Below are positions 27,496-37,265 of a DNA stretch of 64,000 nucleotides, in pieces. The notes below the pieces were generated by a model. The model saw nothing but the letters and a program-made list of their open reading frames with translations, had not been told where the DNA came from and ran no database searches. A program made the translations under genes and the position numbers. Position 1 is the first letter of the stretch; the number at the start of each line of letters is the position of its first letter. Source of the DNA: Candidatus Zhuqueibacterota bacterium (lineage in GTDB: Bacteria > Zhuqueibacterota > Zhuqueibacteria > Thermofontimicrobiales > Thermofontimicrobiaceae); assembly GCA_034505795.1 (NCBI GenBank), contig JAPDQM010000004.1, positions 348-64,347 of the forward strand, read 5' to 3'.

Positions 27496-28815
27496 TTACT
27501 TCATCAGAGTCATTGACTTCAGAATGGTCTGGCCGTCGACTTTCAGTCGATAGTAATAGGTTCCAGAAGCCAGTCCGGAAGCATCGAATCTGATTTCATG
27601 CTTGCCCTCAGTCATGGTTTCGCTGACCAGCGTTTTTACCTCTCGTCCCAGAATATCGTACACCTTCAGCTCGACATGGCCGGTTTTGGCCAAGGTGAAC
27701 GGAATGGTAGTGGTTGGATTGAACGGATTGGGGTAGTTTTGCAGCAGATTGTAATTGCGAACCACTTCGCCGTTTTCAACCAGGACAACACCAGTGTACG
27801 GATTGGCATTTTTCCATTTCTTTATCACGCCACCGTCGAAATCATTGGTGAGCGCGTACCAAACGCCGCCTTCTTCCCAGAAGCAAATGCCGCGCGGCGA
27901 GTAAAAAATATCGCCATCCGTTGATGCCCCTGCCACATATTTTCCGCCGCTCTTGCCAACACTGTCAACAATCGCCCAGCCTTTATTGGGATCCAACGCA
28001 TACCAACCGGTAAAATCGGATGCACCGACATCCCAGTAGGTTCCGACCCACATCATGCCCCAGGGATCCCAATCCAGACATTGACCCCACATCACCTTTT
28101 CGGGGGTGGTGCCAAAGGTATCTACCGGTGCATAGGTGCCATCAGGACCATCATCGCTATGCCAATGAACAACGCCATTTCGACCAGAGTAGATTTTGCC
28201 AAAATACACATCTTTGCCGTCCTTGCTCACCAGCAAGCTGCGCTGCAAGCCCAGATTGGTGTCGGCCACGAAAGAATAAAGCTGCATATCTTTGTCGAAA
28301 ATGTAGGCGGGATTGCCGCTCGCCACATGAGCGAGGTAGATGTAGCCATTCTCATCAGCGGCGCCCTCAGTCAGCGAAGCACCTGGTTTTGGTTTCACCT
28401 TGCCAGTAACCTCCGCGCTGAAATTGGCAGGATCGAGCGTCTGATAGTTGATCCGCCACATTTCATCATAGGCTGAATGCAGCACATTCCCCTCATTGTC
28501 GAGTGCAGTTCCGCGGCAGCCATTTACCAGTGTATCGACCTGGCCGCTGGCATGTTTCAAGAAGCGAACCTTCGCGTAGACAGTGCCATCTGGGTTATAA
28601 ACCCACATCGGCTTAATCGGGACCTTGGTAGTACCATCGGGTTTGACGAGTGTGTCGGTATAAGCGTAAGAGCCAACCCAAATCTTGCCATCGGCGGTTC
28701 TTACGATACCATGTGGCTGCGCTATTTTAGCAAAATCGCCGACATATTCCCATTGCGCCAGCCCTAAGCTGGAGAACATCAATAGTGCTACAACTGTGTA
28801 AAGAACTTTTTTCAT
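27496..28815 (-). CDS. Secreted protein of unknown function with canonical T9SS sorting domain
   Basis: Signal peptide MKKVLYTVVALLMFSSLGLAQ with GGAGG upstream. Beta-rich body with no motif I can name. C-terminus LLQNYPNPFNPTTTIPFTLA..VELKVYDILGREVKTLV..SGTYYYRL..MTLMK. Confidence 0.75.
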   Translation of the reverse strand: MKKVLYTVVALLMFSSLGLAQWEYVGDFAKIAQPHGIVRTADGKIWVGSYAYTDTLVKPDGTTKVPIKPMWVYNPDGTVYAKVRFLKHASGQVDTLVNGCRGTALDNEGNVLHSAYDEMWRINYQTLDPANFSAEVTGKVKPKPGASLTEGAADENGYIYLAHVASGNPAYIFDKDMQLYSFVADTNLGLQRSLLVSKDGKDVYFGKIYSGRNGVVHWHSDDGPDGTYAPVDTFGTTPEKVMWGQCLDWDPWGMMWVGTYWDVGASDFTGWYALDPNKGWAIVDSVGKSGGKYVAGASTDGDIFYSPRGICFWEEGGVWYALTNDFDGGVIKKWKNANPYTGVVLVENGEVVRNYNLLQNYPNPFNPTTTIPFTLAKTGHVELKVYDILGREVKTLVSETMTEGKHEIRFDASGLASGTYYYRLKVDGQTILKSMTLMK

Positions 28816-29138
28816 TTCATTCCTCCATAATTTTGTTCGGATAGCAAAAGTATTTTTCTATCCCATGTGATGAGCCATTTAAGATGCTGGAGAGCACAAA
28901 AAACTCTCCATAAATTTGATAACCTGAGCGCGGCAAAAATCCTTCATCTATCATTTTTCCCATGGCGGCCAGAGGTAAGTGCTCTGATTGACGCTGCTTT
29001 TAAGTAAATATAGCATGAATCCACCAAAAATGATAGCGATTCCTATTTTGCAGCCCTCTAAAAATTTCTTTGAAACATGACTGTTTTTGCTATCACCTCC
29101 TTGATCATTTAAATACCCAACGTTAATTAAGAAAATTA

Positions 29139-30335
29139 CTATGGTCGCCCATAGTAAGGCGCCCCTTCTTTGAGCATATTGATTTTGATCACTCGTCGCT
29201 TCTTGGCATCATCGCTACGCCGGGCGACATAGAGAAACTGCTTGCTGCCCCAGGTGAGCGAGTAACTGGTCGGCTCCAGCACACCAGGATAAAGTGGTGC
29301 AAATGTGCCATCAGGATGTATGACGACAACCGCCTCTGGCGCATCGGTGCCAACATACATATCGCCATCCGCAGCAAATGTAATCGATAATATTTCAAAC
29401 GTGCTGCTGATATGGGTGGTCCAATCAAAGAATAGTTCGGTAGGGCCCAATTCGTTTTCCGATAGGATCTGATTGCGCCAGATTGCCTGCTGATTGGTCG
29501 CATTAATCTTGCCGCCCACATAGACATAGCCGTTAAAGATACGGATGGCTTTGATGTAAGTATCCGGGTATGGTATAATGCCTTTGGAAGTTCCATCCCC
29601 CTGGATGGTAACTTTATAGAGGCTATCCCCTTTGCCGCCCACAAACAGAAAACCTCCCGGAGCAAAATCCAGGGCATACACCGCATCTTTCACCCGCACC
29701 CATTGAGCGGCAGCTCCACCGCCCGCAGGCACTCGATACAAGTAGCGTGTGTTTCGTGCGACATAAAGCATGCCATCCGGCCCAAATTCCATACCGGTAA
29801 AGAGCGAAAAAGTGGTCGTTCCATAATCGGTTTTCACCTCTGCCGGCGTGATTTTGACGATCTTGCGCGAGCCAAGGGCGACATACAGGTTTTCATCCTT
29901 ATCGCATTCAACCATATACGGCTCATCGAAATCACCAAAGCCGCCGAATTCTCCCACGCCTCGGACCAGGCGATAGCGCATCAAATTACTAAACGAAATC
30001 GCGCCCAACACCGACACCTTCACCGTGGTCGAATCAGCAACAAAGTTGGGGCTCTGAACGATCAATTGGTTCGGGGATGCTTCTAAAACCACGGCTTTCG
30101 TTTTCCCAAAATGCACAAAATTATTTTCTTTTATGGGCGAAAAGTTCTGGCCGATAATTTTGATCGTCACAATACCGGCCAAAGCGCTGTCGGCTGGCTC
30201 AATAGCGGTGATCACCGGATCTGGATTATAAACATAATTGGGATTGTAAAGGCTCTCCGGTTTCTCCTGCTGACAACCGCTGACCAACACTACCAGCCCT
30301 AGCAGAATCGCTGCAAATCCCTTCCATCTATTCAT
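29139..30335 (-). CDS. Lipoprotein with N-terminal IPT/TIG domain and C-terminal NHL/SMP-30-like beta-propeller
   Basis: Lipobox LVSGC in MNRWKGFAAILLGLVVLVSGCQQE. IPT-like ITAIEPADSALAGIVTIKIIGQNFSP..VHFGKTKAVVLEASPNQLIVQSP. Repeated blade-like segments (NLYVALGS, MLYVARNT, FLFVGGKG, YVYVGGK, DMYVGTD, FLYVARR). Paralog of 36028..37215. Confidence 0.8.
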   Translation of the reverse strand: MNRWKGFAAILLGLVVLVSGCQQEKPESLYNPNYVYNPDPVITAIEPADSALAGIVTIKIIGQNFSPIKENNFVHFGKTKAVVLEASPNQLIVQSPNFVADSTTVKVSVLGAISFSNLMRYRLVRGVGEFGGFGDFDEPYMVECDKDENLYVALGSRKIVKITPAEVKTDYGTTTFSLFTGMEFGPDGMLYVARNTRYLYRVPAGGGAAAQWVRVKDAVYALDFAPGGFLFVGGKGDSLYKVTIQGDGTSKGIIPYPDTYIKAIRIFNGYVYVGGKINATNQQAIWRNQILSENELGPTELFFDWTTHISSTFEILSITFAADGDMYVGTDAPEAVVVIHPDGTFAPLYPGVLEPTSYSLTWGSKQFLYVARRSDDAKKRRVIKINMLKEGAPYYGRP

Positions 30336-30384
30336 TCATTTCTCCTCATGCTTATTACTCCGCCCCAGTAATCAATAACTGAAC

Positions 30385-30447
30385 ACTGATAACTGATCAC
30401 TGATCACTGATTACTGATCACTGATTACTGCTGCCTGATAACTGTCT
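30385..30447. repeat. Nine tandem heptamers (ACTGATN consensus) containing three GATC sites
   Basis: ACTGATA ACTGATC ACTGATC ACTGATT ACTGATC ACTGATT ACTGCTG CCTGATA ACTGTCT. Lies between the partner-gene stop (30462) and the lipoprotein-gene start (30335). Confidence 0.9.
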
Positions 30448-30461
30448 TCTAAACTAAAAAT

Positions 30462-32591
30462 CTATCGAATGATCACAAACTTCCGAAATGTGCTGTCGCC
30501 TTTTTTGTACAATAGTTGATTCGTTTCGGGATCGTAGTAATCTTCGGTAACTTCAAAATGGGCGATGTAAACACCGCTGACCACCACCTGTCGGGAAGAG
30601 GTCACCGAGTTCCAGGTCTCGTCGCCGCTACCGTTGGTGTGTTCGATGGTCTTAATCAGATCGCCGCGCTCGGTAAAAATCCGAATTCGACAGCGAGCAG
30701 GAATATCAAGAAAAGTAATTTTATCCGGCTCGCCCAGATATTGCAGACTTCTGGCGCGGATACTAAACGGATTGGGGACGACCCGAATATCTTTCAACGC
30801 GACTCCAGCTTTCCGGCGCAAATAAGCAGGCTCGGTGGTTCGGGTGTAGAAGCGACCGCTATGCAGAACGCCCGTGGGATTTGCCTCTCCGGTGGTGTTA
30901 TTGCTGCCGTCGTTCACTGCCACCAGATAGTAGTAATAGGAAAAGCCACGAGCGGCCTGCGTATCATTGAATTGGGTGGTTCCGGGTGGCACCGATCCAA
31001 TTTTCTGATAGACAGTATCCGGACGACCAATGGCGCGATAGATTTCATACCCCGCAAAATCGGGTTGACCCTCGGACTCGCTGGGCGACCAACTGAGACT
31101 GATCCGATCACCACCAGATTCCACATTGAAGACTGCGGGCGGCAACGGCGCCTGCGGTATCTTATAATCCAGGTCGAAATTCCGCTTGGCACGGCCAAAC
31201 GTCAACAAGATGGAATCTTTTCCGGTGTAGAACCAGGTGTTTTTATAAACGTTCTTGTCGGTGGTGGTACTGCCATCGGGCAAGGTGTAAGGTGAGTTTT
31301 GCAGCAGCCAGTTACGGCCAATCAACTCGCACATGGGCCGACTTAAGCCGCTCACGCCCTCGGCTTCCACGATCCGCACGCTTTCACCGGGCTCCAGATC
31401 AAAGGGACCGTAGCAAAGCCAGACATTGGTTCCGCCACCATCATTATGGATGGTCACCGGATCGGGATTGGATGCCATGTAGACTTCATCCATGCGATTG
31501 GTGCCGCCCAGGCCTTTATATGGTTTCCCGCTGAGCATTTCATATAATTCGATCATGCGGGGTTCATCGGTTTTCTGGAGATTGCCCAAGCTGGGATAGG
31601 TATCGCCAGCATGCCAGCCCAGCACTGCCGGCTGATTGGGATCATCGCTCTTATCGGTAGCGCTCTTGTCCACATGCAAAATAGCAGTACCGGCAAACTG
31701 CGGCCCGGTTAACCGGCCGGGTGCGGTCAACATCGGTGCACCAATATTGTCATAACTGTTCATCGCCGACTGCCCTGCCCAACTGAAGCCACATCGAATC
31801 CATTCGACAATCGGATTGGCTTCGGTAATTTTCTCCCCCACGTGTTGGGCGTAGTCTTCCCCGCGCTTGGTCACCCAGGTATGCTTGCCCCAAACCTGCC
31901 CGTCGCCAATCCTCTCGCCACCTTCACGACAGACGCTATAGCGCTGCCCCCAGCCGATGCGAACCCCTTTCAACGCTCGATTAAGCTCGATTTCAGGATC
32001 ATAGTCGGTATTGCCGGTATTGGTAAACGTGTATTCACAGATGAAATAATTGTCGTGATACTGTTGACTGAAGAAAAGAATTCGCCGGGTCATAGTCAGA
32101 CCGATCTTGGTATTCACCACCATCATAATTTCGCGATCGGCAATCAGGGAGGGATCCACCTCATCCACGTCACCGGCGTAAGGTGCAGTCACATTGTTGC
32201 CATCCACCAGCACCACGGGCGGGGAAAATTTAGCGATTTGCTTGAGCTGCATCGGAAACAGCGAAACATCGACCGAACCCAGGGTAATCGTCAACCCAAA
32301 CACCTCCCAGGACTGGCCTTCGGTATCGATGAAATCTTTGGTGGCGATCCAGGCTCGTTTGATAACGGCGTTATCCTGTTTGAGGTAGTCCGCCGGCCAG
32401 ATCAATCCTTCGTAGTAGCTGTTATTCCAGGCGCGCTCACTGCCATACGCATTGAAGTGAGTTTGTAATGAACCGATGCGGACATAGCGCCGCTCGGTCC
32501 CAGCAACTTGCGCCGATGCACTGGATATAGCTATCGCTAGGATACCGACGACCAGCAGAGCAACTGTCAATTTATGCATATTTTTTTTCAT
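30462..32591 (-). CDS. Secreted partner protein of the upstream TBDT (709 aa): unassigned N-terminal region, FN3-like module, divergent T9SS-like C-terminal domain
   Basis: Signal peptide MKKNMHKLTVALLVVGILAIAISSASAQ. Family motifs YFICEYTFTNTGNTDYDPEIEL, HVDKSATDKSDDPNQP, GPFDLEPGESVRIVEAEGVSGL. FN3-like PPAVFNVESGGDRISLSWSPS..FAGYEIYRA..FSYYYYLVAV. C-terminus IRVVPNPFSIRA..ITFLDIPARCRIRIFTERGDLIKTIEHTNGSGDETWN..SGVYIAHF..KFVIIR. Confidence 0.85.
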   Translation of the reverse strand: MKKNMHKLTVALLVVGILAIAISSASAQVAGTERRYVRIGSLQTHFNAYGSERAWNNSYYEGLIWPADYLKQDNAVIKRAWIATKDFIDTEGQSWEVFGLTITLGSVDVSLFPMQLKQIAKFSPPVVLVDGNNVTAPYAGDVDEVDPSLIADREIMMVVNTKIGLTMTRRILFFSQQYHDNYFICEYTFTNTGNTDYDPEIELNRALKGVRIGWGQRYSVCREGGERIGDGQVWGKHTWVTKRGEDYAQHVGEKITEANPIVEWIRCGFSWAGQSAMNSYDNIGAPMLTAPGRLTGPQFAGTAILHVDKSATDKSDDPNQPAVLGWHAGDTYPSLGNLQKTDEPRMIELYEMLSGKPYKGLGGTNRMDEVYMASNPDPVTIHNDGGGTNVWLCYGPFDLEPGESVRIVEAEGVSGLSRPMCELIGRNWLLQNSPYTLPDGSTTTDKNVYKNTWFYTGKDSILLTFGRAKRNFDLDYKIPQAPLPPAVFNVESGGDRISLSWSPSESEGQPDFAGYEIYRAIGRPDTVYQKIGSVPPGTTQFNDTQAARGFSYYYYLVAVNDGSNNTTGEANPTGVLHSGRFYTRTTEPAYLRRKAGVALKDIRVVPNPFSIRARSLQYLGEPDKITFLDIPARCRIRIFTERGDLIKTIEHTNGSGDETWNSVTSSRQVVVSGVYIAHFEVTEDYYDPETNQLLYKKGDSTFRKFVIIR

Positions 32592-32715
32592 TGCTTGATC
32601 CTATCTTTCACATGATTATTCACCATCTTCAGCCGACGCTGCCACAACTGCTGGGTGCCGCAAACGAAAAAGGACGGCACCCGCCATCGTTATGAAACAG
32701 CCGGCATCAATCCGT

Positions 32716-35700
32716 TTAGAAACTGATTTTCAAACCGAATTTAATATCTCGTGGATTTAAAAAGGTGAAATAGGTTAAATTCGGCATATCGATATAGGCT
32801 TTGGTATCCAGAATTCGCTTCAGATCCTCTTTGGTCTTGGTGGGATCGCTGGGGTCGTATGCTTCATATTTGACGCCCGGCTTGCGATAATCCCCGATGC
32901 GATCATGACCATGTTCCGAACCCGATTCCCATGAAAAATGCAACGATTCCATGTAATCCAGATAATCATAGTTATTGGCAAAACCGGCATAATTCAGGAA
33001 TTTCAAGTTGAAGACATTGGTGATGTCCAGATAGGCTTGCAGTTCGTAACGGGCCAATTTGAACGATTTGGTCAACCGCATGTCAAAATTGTAATTATCC
33101 CGCCAGCGCACGTTATCGACAACACCTGGAATATTGTGGGGATTGTAAGTTGCATAAGCGCCGGCACGCCAGCTTGCCAATAGATTGAGATACCAGTTGC
33201 CCAGCACATGCTGTCCCAGCCAGACCGGTCCAAAATCTGGTGGAGTATGGATGTCGAAATTGAATCGAGCATAGGGTTGCGGCCGGGGCTTTTCCTGATA
33301 AGGATTCTCCCGGATGTAGTTACGCTGCTTATTGGGATCTTCGTAATATCGCAGCAATCCAAAATAGCCCGACGTGCCTACGTCGTAGGTATAGTTAATG
33401 AACCCCGTCAGCCAGCGGCCCGTAGTTTTGGTCAGGGTCAGTTCAAAGCCGCGAATGTCTTCGTAGTTGTTGTTGGCGGCTTTGCTGTACTGCACCGAGG
33501 CATTGATATTTTCGTAATAGACCCAGCCGGGTTGGTTGGTAATGTCCTTGTAATAAGCCGCCAGATTCAACAAAAAGAGATCGAACAGGTTCTGAGCATA
33601 GCCCAACTCATAGGCTACCGTTTTCTCAAAAACCATGTTCGGATTGCCAATCGTGGTCACCAGACCATTGTATTCCCGCTGCAACCGGAAACGATAAGTT
33701 GACGAGGGTTCCTGGGTAAAATGGCCGTAGTTAAAATAAAGTTTGGAATTAATAGTGATGGGATGCGAAATGCCCAATCGCGGACTCAGATGCCAGGTGG
33801 GTTTCGCATCTTCGGTCGGAATGCTGACTTCGATGAGCTTGCCAAATCCCTCGCGAAAATATTTGTCATAGGCCGCCATCTGGTAGACCACACCGTTCGG
33901 ATCGGAATAATCCAATCGCAAACCCACGTTGGCAATGAAGCCTTCAAATTCCAGCTTGTCTTGCACATAGGCACCGACTCGATAGGGGAAGCGATGATAG
34001 ACCTGCTGCCGATTCCACGTCGTCATGCCAGGATTTTCGGTGTAAGATTTGATGTTGTAGTCATCATAAACAATCTCCACTCCCGCTTTCACCTGATTGA
34101 CATTATTGAGTTGGCTGGTGAAATTCGCCTGCAATTTGGTGGTAGCGATAACGCTTTTATCCCGCCCCAAATTCATCCAGCCACCCAGAATCATGCCATC
34201 AATGCCGGTGACACCATAGCCCCAATAGCCCCACGGTGCTTCGTCCGTAAAAATACCGGGAACGGGTTCATATTTCTTCGTGGTATCCCGCAGCGCCATC
34301 TGGTAGGTCTTGTAGCGGTTGATGTTGTGCTGCAAATTGATTTCATAAAACGTTTTGGCGCTCAACATGTGCGTCCATTTAAAACCTAACATCGTGCGAT
34401 AGATGTTGCTGGGGCTGTAATAACCGGGCATATAAAGAATGGCATCGCCGCTGCTGCTACTGATCAGGTCGGCTACCTCGCTGTTGTAGCGCAATACCCG
34501 GCCGGTGGGCGTGGTCGTCCAATCATAAGGCGACACAGAGAACACTTCGCTGTAAAGGCCGGTTACCAGCAGCTTAATCATCGGATTGATATCGGAGGTT
34601 AATTTTAGCTGCGTAGAATTGTCCAGATAGTTGTCTCGTGAAAGCGGGTAGATGAACATCTCCCGTTCCTGGAAATGGGACAACGTAAATCGCAAATCCC
34701 CCAGCGCCGGGCCAATCACCGGAATTGGGCCGCCGAAAATGCCATCGACCACATAGTCGGGTTTATTGATGTCTCCCCGACGTCGATGCTGCCACTCCCA
34801 CAGCTTCTTCGCTCCTTCCGGCGTCAGATCATTCTTAGGGTCATTATCCCGGATGGTAGCATCGGAAACCGCGATCCAGCCTTCAAAGATCGGATATTGT
34901 CGCTGCGTGTACGCATCCCAGGCACCGTTGGTGGTACCGGTCCAACAAACCGCCGGGTCCATGTACGGCCGGGTGAAATAGGTGTAGGGATCATAAATCG
35001 AAGGCCCAAAATTTTTCTTAGCGGGTGGCCGATATTGAATCGTCAGACCGCCATTATAGTGCCGGCGATCGCCTTCCCTGGTCACCACATTGACCACGCC
35101 CGACCGAATATTGCCATATTCGGCATTAAAGCCAGCAGTTTGAATTTTCATCTCCTGGATAGAATTCAAACTTAGCGCCGTAAAGGGGACATTGGAGCGC
35201 TCGTCATTCAGCGACAATCCGTCCACCATAAATGCCGTTTGTCGGGCGCCACCGCCACGAATGATAACCCCCTCGCTCCCCTGTTCAATTCCCGCCTGCA
35301 GGACCAGGACCTCATTCACCTGTTTCACAGGTAAGGTTTCGACTTTTTTAAAATCGATATTGATTTCACTGGCCGCCACATCTCTGGTTACCACGGGACG
35401 CTCGGCAACAACCACCACTTCGCTCATTTCCAATGCTTCTGGTTTCATTTTAAAACTTATGGTTGTTGTCAAATCAATTTTCACAATTACATTTTGCGTG
35501 GATACCGATGCATAACCCATCATCGTGGCCTTAAGCGTATACACACCTGGCGGCACGTTCAGTATCACATAATCACCTTTCAAATCCGTGGTGGCGCCAA
35601 CGCTGGTGCCTTCGACAAAAACATTTACCCCGGGCAGCGGTTGCCCGCTCTCCGCATCGCTAATATGACCAGCGATTTTACCAGTAATACCGGCGAAGGC

Positions 35701-35769
35701 CATGGGCACCAGAATCAATAGCGACAGGCTAATGAAAATGGATATCTTTTTCACGACATTCTTCTCCAT
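32716..35769 (-). CDS. TonB-dependent transporter with CarboxypepD_reg-like domain (long subfamily, ~1017 aa)
   Basis: Track ORF 32716..35814 trimmed to MEKNVVKKISIFISLSLLILVPMAFA (ATG 35767-35769; the start is less certain because there is no clear SD). ITGKIAGHISD..GVYTLKATMMGY. Plug motifs IIRGGGARQTAFMVDG..VNVVTREG. Conserved post-plug insert ..PYMDPAVCWTGTTNGAWDAYTQRQYP.. C-terminus ..KFGLKISF. Confidence 0.88.
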   Translation of the reverse strand: MEKNVVKKISIFISLSLLILVPMAFAGITGKIAGHISDAESGQPLPGVNVFVEGTSVGATTDLKGDYVILNVPPGVYTLKATMMGYASVSTQNVIVKIDLTTTISFKMKPEALEMSEVVVVAERPVVTRDVAASEINIDFKKVETLPVKQVNEVLVLQAGIEQGSEGVIIRGGGARQTAFMVDGLSLNDERSNVPFTALSLNSIQEMKIQTAGFNAEYGNIRSGVVNVVTREGDRRHYNGGLTIQYRPPAKKNFGPSIYDPYTYFTRPYMDPAVCWTGTTNGAWDAYTQRQYPIFEGWIAVSDATIRDNDPKNDLTPEGAKKLWEWQHRRRGDINKPDYVVDGIFGGPIPVIGPALGDLRFTLSHFQEREMFIYPLSRDNYLDNSTQLKLTSDINPMIKLLVTGLYSEVFSVSPYDWTTTPTGRVLRYNSEVADLISSSSGDAILYMPGYYSPSNIYRTMLGFKWTHMLSAKTFYEINLQHNINRYKTYQMALRDTTKKYEPVPGIFTDEAPWGYWGYGVTGIDGMILGGWMNLGRDKSVIATTKLQANFTSQLNNVNQVKAGVEIVYDDYNIKSYTENPGMTTWNRQQVYHRFPYRVGAYVQDKLEFEGFIANVGLRLDYSDPNGVVYQMAAYDKYFREGFGKLIEVSIPTEDAKPTWHLSPRLGISHPITINSKLYFNYGHFTQEPSSTYRFRLQREYNGLVTTIGNPNMVFEKTVAYELGYAQNLFDLFLLNLAAYYKDITNQPGWVYYENINASVQYSKAANNNYEDIRGFELTLTKTTGRWLTGFINYTYDVGTSGYFGLLRYYEDPNKQRNYIRENPYQEKPRPQPYARFNFDIHTPPDFGPVWLGQHVLGNWYLNLLASWRAGAYATYNPHNIPGVVDNVRWRDNYNFDMRLTKSFKLARYELQAYLDITNVFNLKFLNYAGFANNYDYLDYMESLHFSWESGSEHGHDRIGDYRKPGVKYEAYDPSDPTKTKEDLKRILDTKAYIDMPNLTYFTFLNPRDIKFGLKISF

Positions 35770-35983
35770 TTGTTTAAAATCATAATGGCCTGATTTACAC
35801 CAGACTCGAATCAATAATGTCTCTCCTCATTTTTTGGTCGCTTTATGGTAAGTAGGCTAATAAGATTGAGTCGCTAAATAGGTCACACAGTTGCACGATT
35901 CATCAGCCGGAACAAGCGTCAGCTTAAACGTGTCCAAACCGACAACCACGCGCAAAACGCAAATAGCACTTGGCACAGCGCTT

Positions 35984-36022
35984 CCTATTACCTAATTACC
36001 TAATTACCTATTTACCGAATCA
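35984..36022. repeat. Tandem octamer repeat (CCTAATTA-like, about 5 units)
   Basis: CCTATTA CCTAATTA CCTAATTA CCTATTTA CCGAATCA, immediately downstream of the stop at 36028 and upstream of the next TBDT gene. Confidence 0.85.
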
Positions 36023-36027
36023 CTCAA

Positions 36028-37215
36028 TCAGGGCGCCCCATATTTTTGCATGAACAGCTTAATGATCCGCTTCTGGGTTGGGTCCAATTCATTGCGTCGA
36101 TTTACATAGAGATACTGTCCTGGTCCCCAGGCCATGGCATAACTGGATGGCGCGATGACACCAGGATACAACGGCTCAAAGCTGCCATCGGGATGCAATA
36201 TGATGATGGCCTCCGCTGCATTGGTACCAATGTAAAGATCCCCATCCGTTGAGAAGACCAGGGATTGGACTTCCGATACTGCGTCGACATTGGCACTCCA
36301 GTCAAAGTAAACTTCTCGCTCGCCCAACTGATCATCGGAGATAATCTGATTGCGCCAAACATATTGATGGTTAGCTGCCTTATCCACGCCACCGACATAA
36401 ACATAACCATTGAACACCTGAATGGCTTTGATGTAAATGGACGGATATGAGGCAACCGCTGCACCCGAGCCATCCGGTTTGATGCGGTAAAGATCGTTGT
36501 TATCGCCCCCGGCGTACATTACGCCGCTGGGTGCAAAATCAAAATCCCAAATTTTGCCAGGAGCATCGACCCATTTGGTCGCAGCACCGCCGCTGGCCAG
36601 GGGAATCCGATACAGGGCGGTTGTCAATCGAGACAGATACAAATAATTATCCGGGCCGACACGCATCGCCTGTGCTTTCAGGAAGCTCGTAGTCCCGAAA
36701 TCCTGGCGCACCCCATCCGGAGTGACCTTTTCGATCTTGCGGGTAGTAAGGGAGACGTAGAGGTTCTCGTTTTGGTCGCAAGCAATGCCATACACATCAT
36801 CGTATTGACCAAAACCAGCATACTCCCAGACCGCCTGTTTTAGTTTATAGCTCATGGTATTGCTGAATAAAAAGGCTCCCTGCGTAGCAATTTTGATGGT
36901 AATCGCCTCTGACGGCTTATTGGGACTCTTCAAAACCAGTTGCGTTTCCGAGGCTGAAACAATAGGAACCATATCCTTATTAAAAAATACCAGGTTCTCC
37001 TCGGCCACCGGCGAAAAATTGGTCCCAATAATTTTGATCTCACCAATGCCAGCAAGTGCGCTATCAGCCGGAATGATCTGTGCAATCGTCGGCGCTGGCT
37101 TACCTGTAACATTAGGGTCAAAAAGGCTGGGCGGATTATCGGCTTCGCAGCCAAGCAGCAACAGTATCGCAGCCATCATTGAAATGACAATTGCGGCGAA
37201 AAGTGTCTTTTTCAT
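36028..37215 (-). CDS. Lipoprotein with N-terminal IPT/TIG domain and C-terminal NHL/SMP-30-like beta-propeller
   Basis: Track ORF trimmed to MKKTLFAAIVISMMAAILLLLGC (ATG 37213-37215, AAGGAG upstream, lipobox LLGC). IPT-like IAQIIPADSALAGIGEIKIIGTNFSP..LVFFNKDMVPIVSASETQLVLKSP. Alignable by eye along its whole length with 29139..30335. Confidence 0.8.
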   Translation of the reverse strand: MKKTLFAAIVISMMAAILLLLGCEADNPPSLFDPNVTGKPAPTIAQIIPADSALAGIGEIKIIGTNFSPVAEENLVFFNKDMVPIVSASETQLVLKSPNKPSEAITIKIATQGAFLFSNTMSYKLKQAVWEYAGFGQYDDVYGIACDQNENLYVSLTTRKIEKVTPDGVRQDFGTTSFLKAQAMRVGPDNYLYLSRLTTALYRIPLASGGAATKWVDAPGKIWDFDFAPSGVMYAGGDNNDLYRIKPDGSGAAVASYPSIYIKAIQVFNGYVYVGGVDKAANHQYVWRNQIISDDQLGEREVYFDWSANVDAVSEVQSLVFSTDGDLYIGTNAAEAIIILHPDGSFEPLYPGVIAPSSYAMAWGPGQYLYVNRRNELDPTQKRIIKLFMQKYGAP

Positions 37216-37265
37216 TTGTTTCGCTCCTTTGCTATATTGAGGATTGAACATTCATCAATCGTTTC

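Noticed and set aside
28816-29138. A possible small gene in the 323-bp gap: the minus strand has AGGAGGTGA followed by an ATG at about 29078-29080.
   Set aside because: That ATG frame stops after 6 codons (MFQRNF). The only longer frame lacks a start codon until a 21-aa remnant. No credible ORF.
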